Source: Chara braunii
Lineage: Eukaryota; Plantae; Charophyceae
DNA: 63,903 nt
NCBI GenBank assembly: GCA_003427395.1
Contig: BFEA01000044.1
Coordinates: forward strand, 289,306-353,208
Reading direction: 5' to 3'
The notes beneath the pieces were generated by a model. The model made no database searches, had not been told where the DNA came from, and saw only the letters and a list, made by a program, of their open reading frames with translations. The stretch's first letter is position 1. The number at the start of each line of letters is the position of its first letter. The position numbers and the translations under genes were made by a program. This document shows, in pieces, positions 62,970 to 63,903 of this stretch.

Positions 62970-63420
62970 AGGATCCCCTTCACACATATCAGAGGGCCCA
63001 TGCAGGAAATCTGAAGGGTCCTCGCAGCAATTTAGCAAGGACCCTCCATTAAAATCGAGGCAGGCAGTAAATACGAGGTGGCACGAGCTGGCTGAATATA
63101 TACTCAGGATTCGTATTCAGGTCTGTGTTTCAGCAGTTATGGGTTGCTCACTTAGCTAGGCCCTGTTGGTCTCTGCACGTGCTTCTCAGGGCTTGGCTGC
63201 AGTACTCACGAAATGTGCAGAACTAGAATGAGTCTTCTGCTAGAACGTGGAATAATAGGCCGCCATATGTTCTGTCTTGTGTGCATGTGGTGAGTAGAGG
63301 TCCTTAGGGCCACTCCAAATGTGCAGAGTTAGAATGAATCTTCTGCTAGAACGTGGAATAATACACCGCCATATGTTCTGTCTTTTGTGCATGTGGTGAG
63401 TAGAGGCCCTTAGGGCCACT
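62970..63420 (-). repeat. Dispersed repeat (copy of 28953-29225) plus an approximately 105-bp tandem duplication
   Basis: See 28953; the duplication spans 63212-63420. Confidence 0.85.
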
Positions 63421-63430
63421 GCACGTATCA

Positions 63431-63514
63431 GACCATTTCTCAATTTATGTGTTTCATCCTTGTGCAGGGGCCTTGCTAATCTTCTCTGTATCATTCCAAT
63501 TTTAACGGATGCCC
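63431..63514 (-). ncRNA. U6: U6 snRNA pseudogene (diverged, slightly 5'-clipped, tailless)
   Basis: Reverse complement GGGCATCCGTTAAAATTGGAATGATACAGAGAAGATTAGCAAGGCCCCTGCACAAGGATGAAACACATAAATTGAGAAATGGTC; CACGTAT direct repeat at 63422-63428 and 63517-63523. Confidence 0.9.
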
Positions 63515-63903
63515 GCCACGTATTCCTAAGAAAAGAAAAACAATAAAACAAAAGAAAAACGAGAAAACAGAGAATTAGTGACCCATAACTGTGATGCACA
63601 GACCTGAATTCGAATTCAGACTATTCTCGGCCCACGCAGACAAACTAGAAGTCTTATGTCAACTAGATGACCCGTTGCGGCTTCGCCCGCAAAAACAGAA
63701 AAGGAAAAAAAGCACAAAAGAAAGAAAAAGCATAAGGAACTCCCCTATCATATTCCGCCGAGCCCTTTTTTCCCTTTATCTTTGAGTGTTTTGTTTGGGG
63801 AGCCATTACCTTCGCAGCATCGTTTTTGTTTTGTGATGTGCAAGAACTCCTCCACTTTTCTGAGAAAATCCTGTCCATTGTCCCGTTGATGTTTTTGCAG
63901 CTA

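Overview
Eukaryotic, repeat-saturated window with no recognisable intact host gene. The plant-type U6, Chlamys-type Penelope elements, chromovirus, microsatellite load and Nextera mate-pair remnant suggest a green-lineage genome such as a charophyte alga; this is inference. The window is a stack of nested, mostly decayed mobile elements. Retroelements: a Ty3/gypsy chromovirus 3' end with PPT and LTR, a near full-length two-ORF Penelope-like element (ORF1 zinc-knuckle/SAP-like; ORF2 N-terminal GIY-YIG, CxC, RT; pseudo-LTRs) and a second PLE RT fragment, three L1/Tx1-like LINE relics plus two solo LINE tails with a shared structured 3' RNA motif, a tandemly duplicated gag-like relic, and two tRNA-headed SINE candidates. 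DNA elements: a Helitron RepHel pseudogene with extra ORFs, a PIF/Harbinger transposase split by a 4-bp-TSD foldback element, and several MITEs with exact TSDs, one nested in its own family's TIR. There are also three promoterless, tailless U6 snRNA copies, a Nextera junction adapter (assembly artefact) and two N-gaps. The best novelty candidates are the dense U6 retrocopies (one abutting a structured, tandemly repeated element), the LINE 3' RNA motif, the two-ORF PLE and the unusual MITEs. All family assignments come from motif reading by eye; no searches were run.
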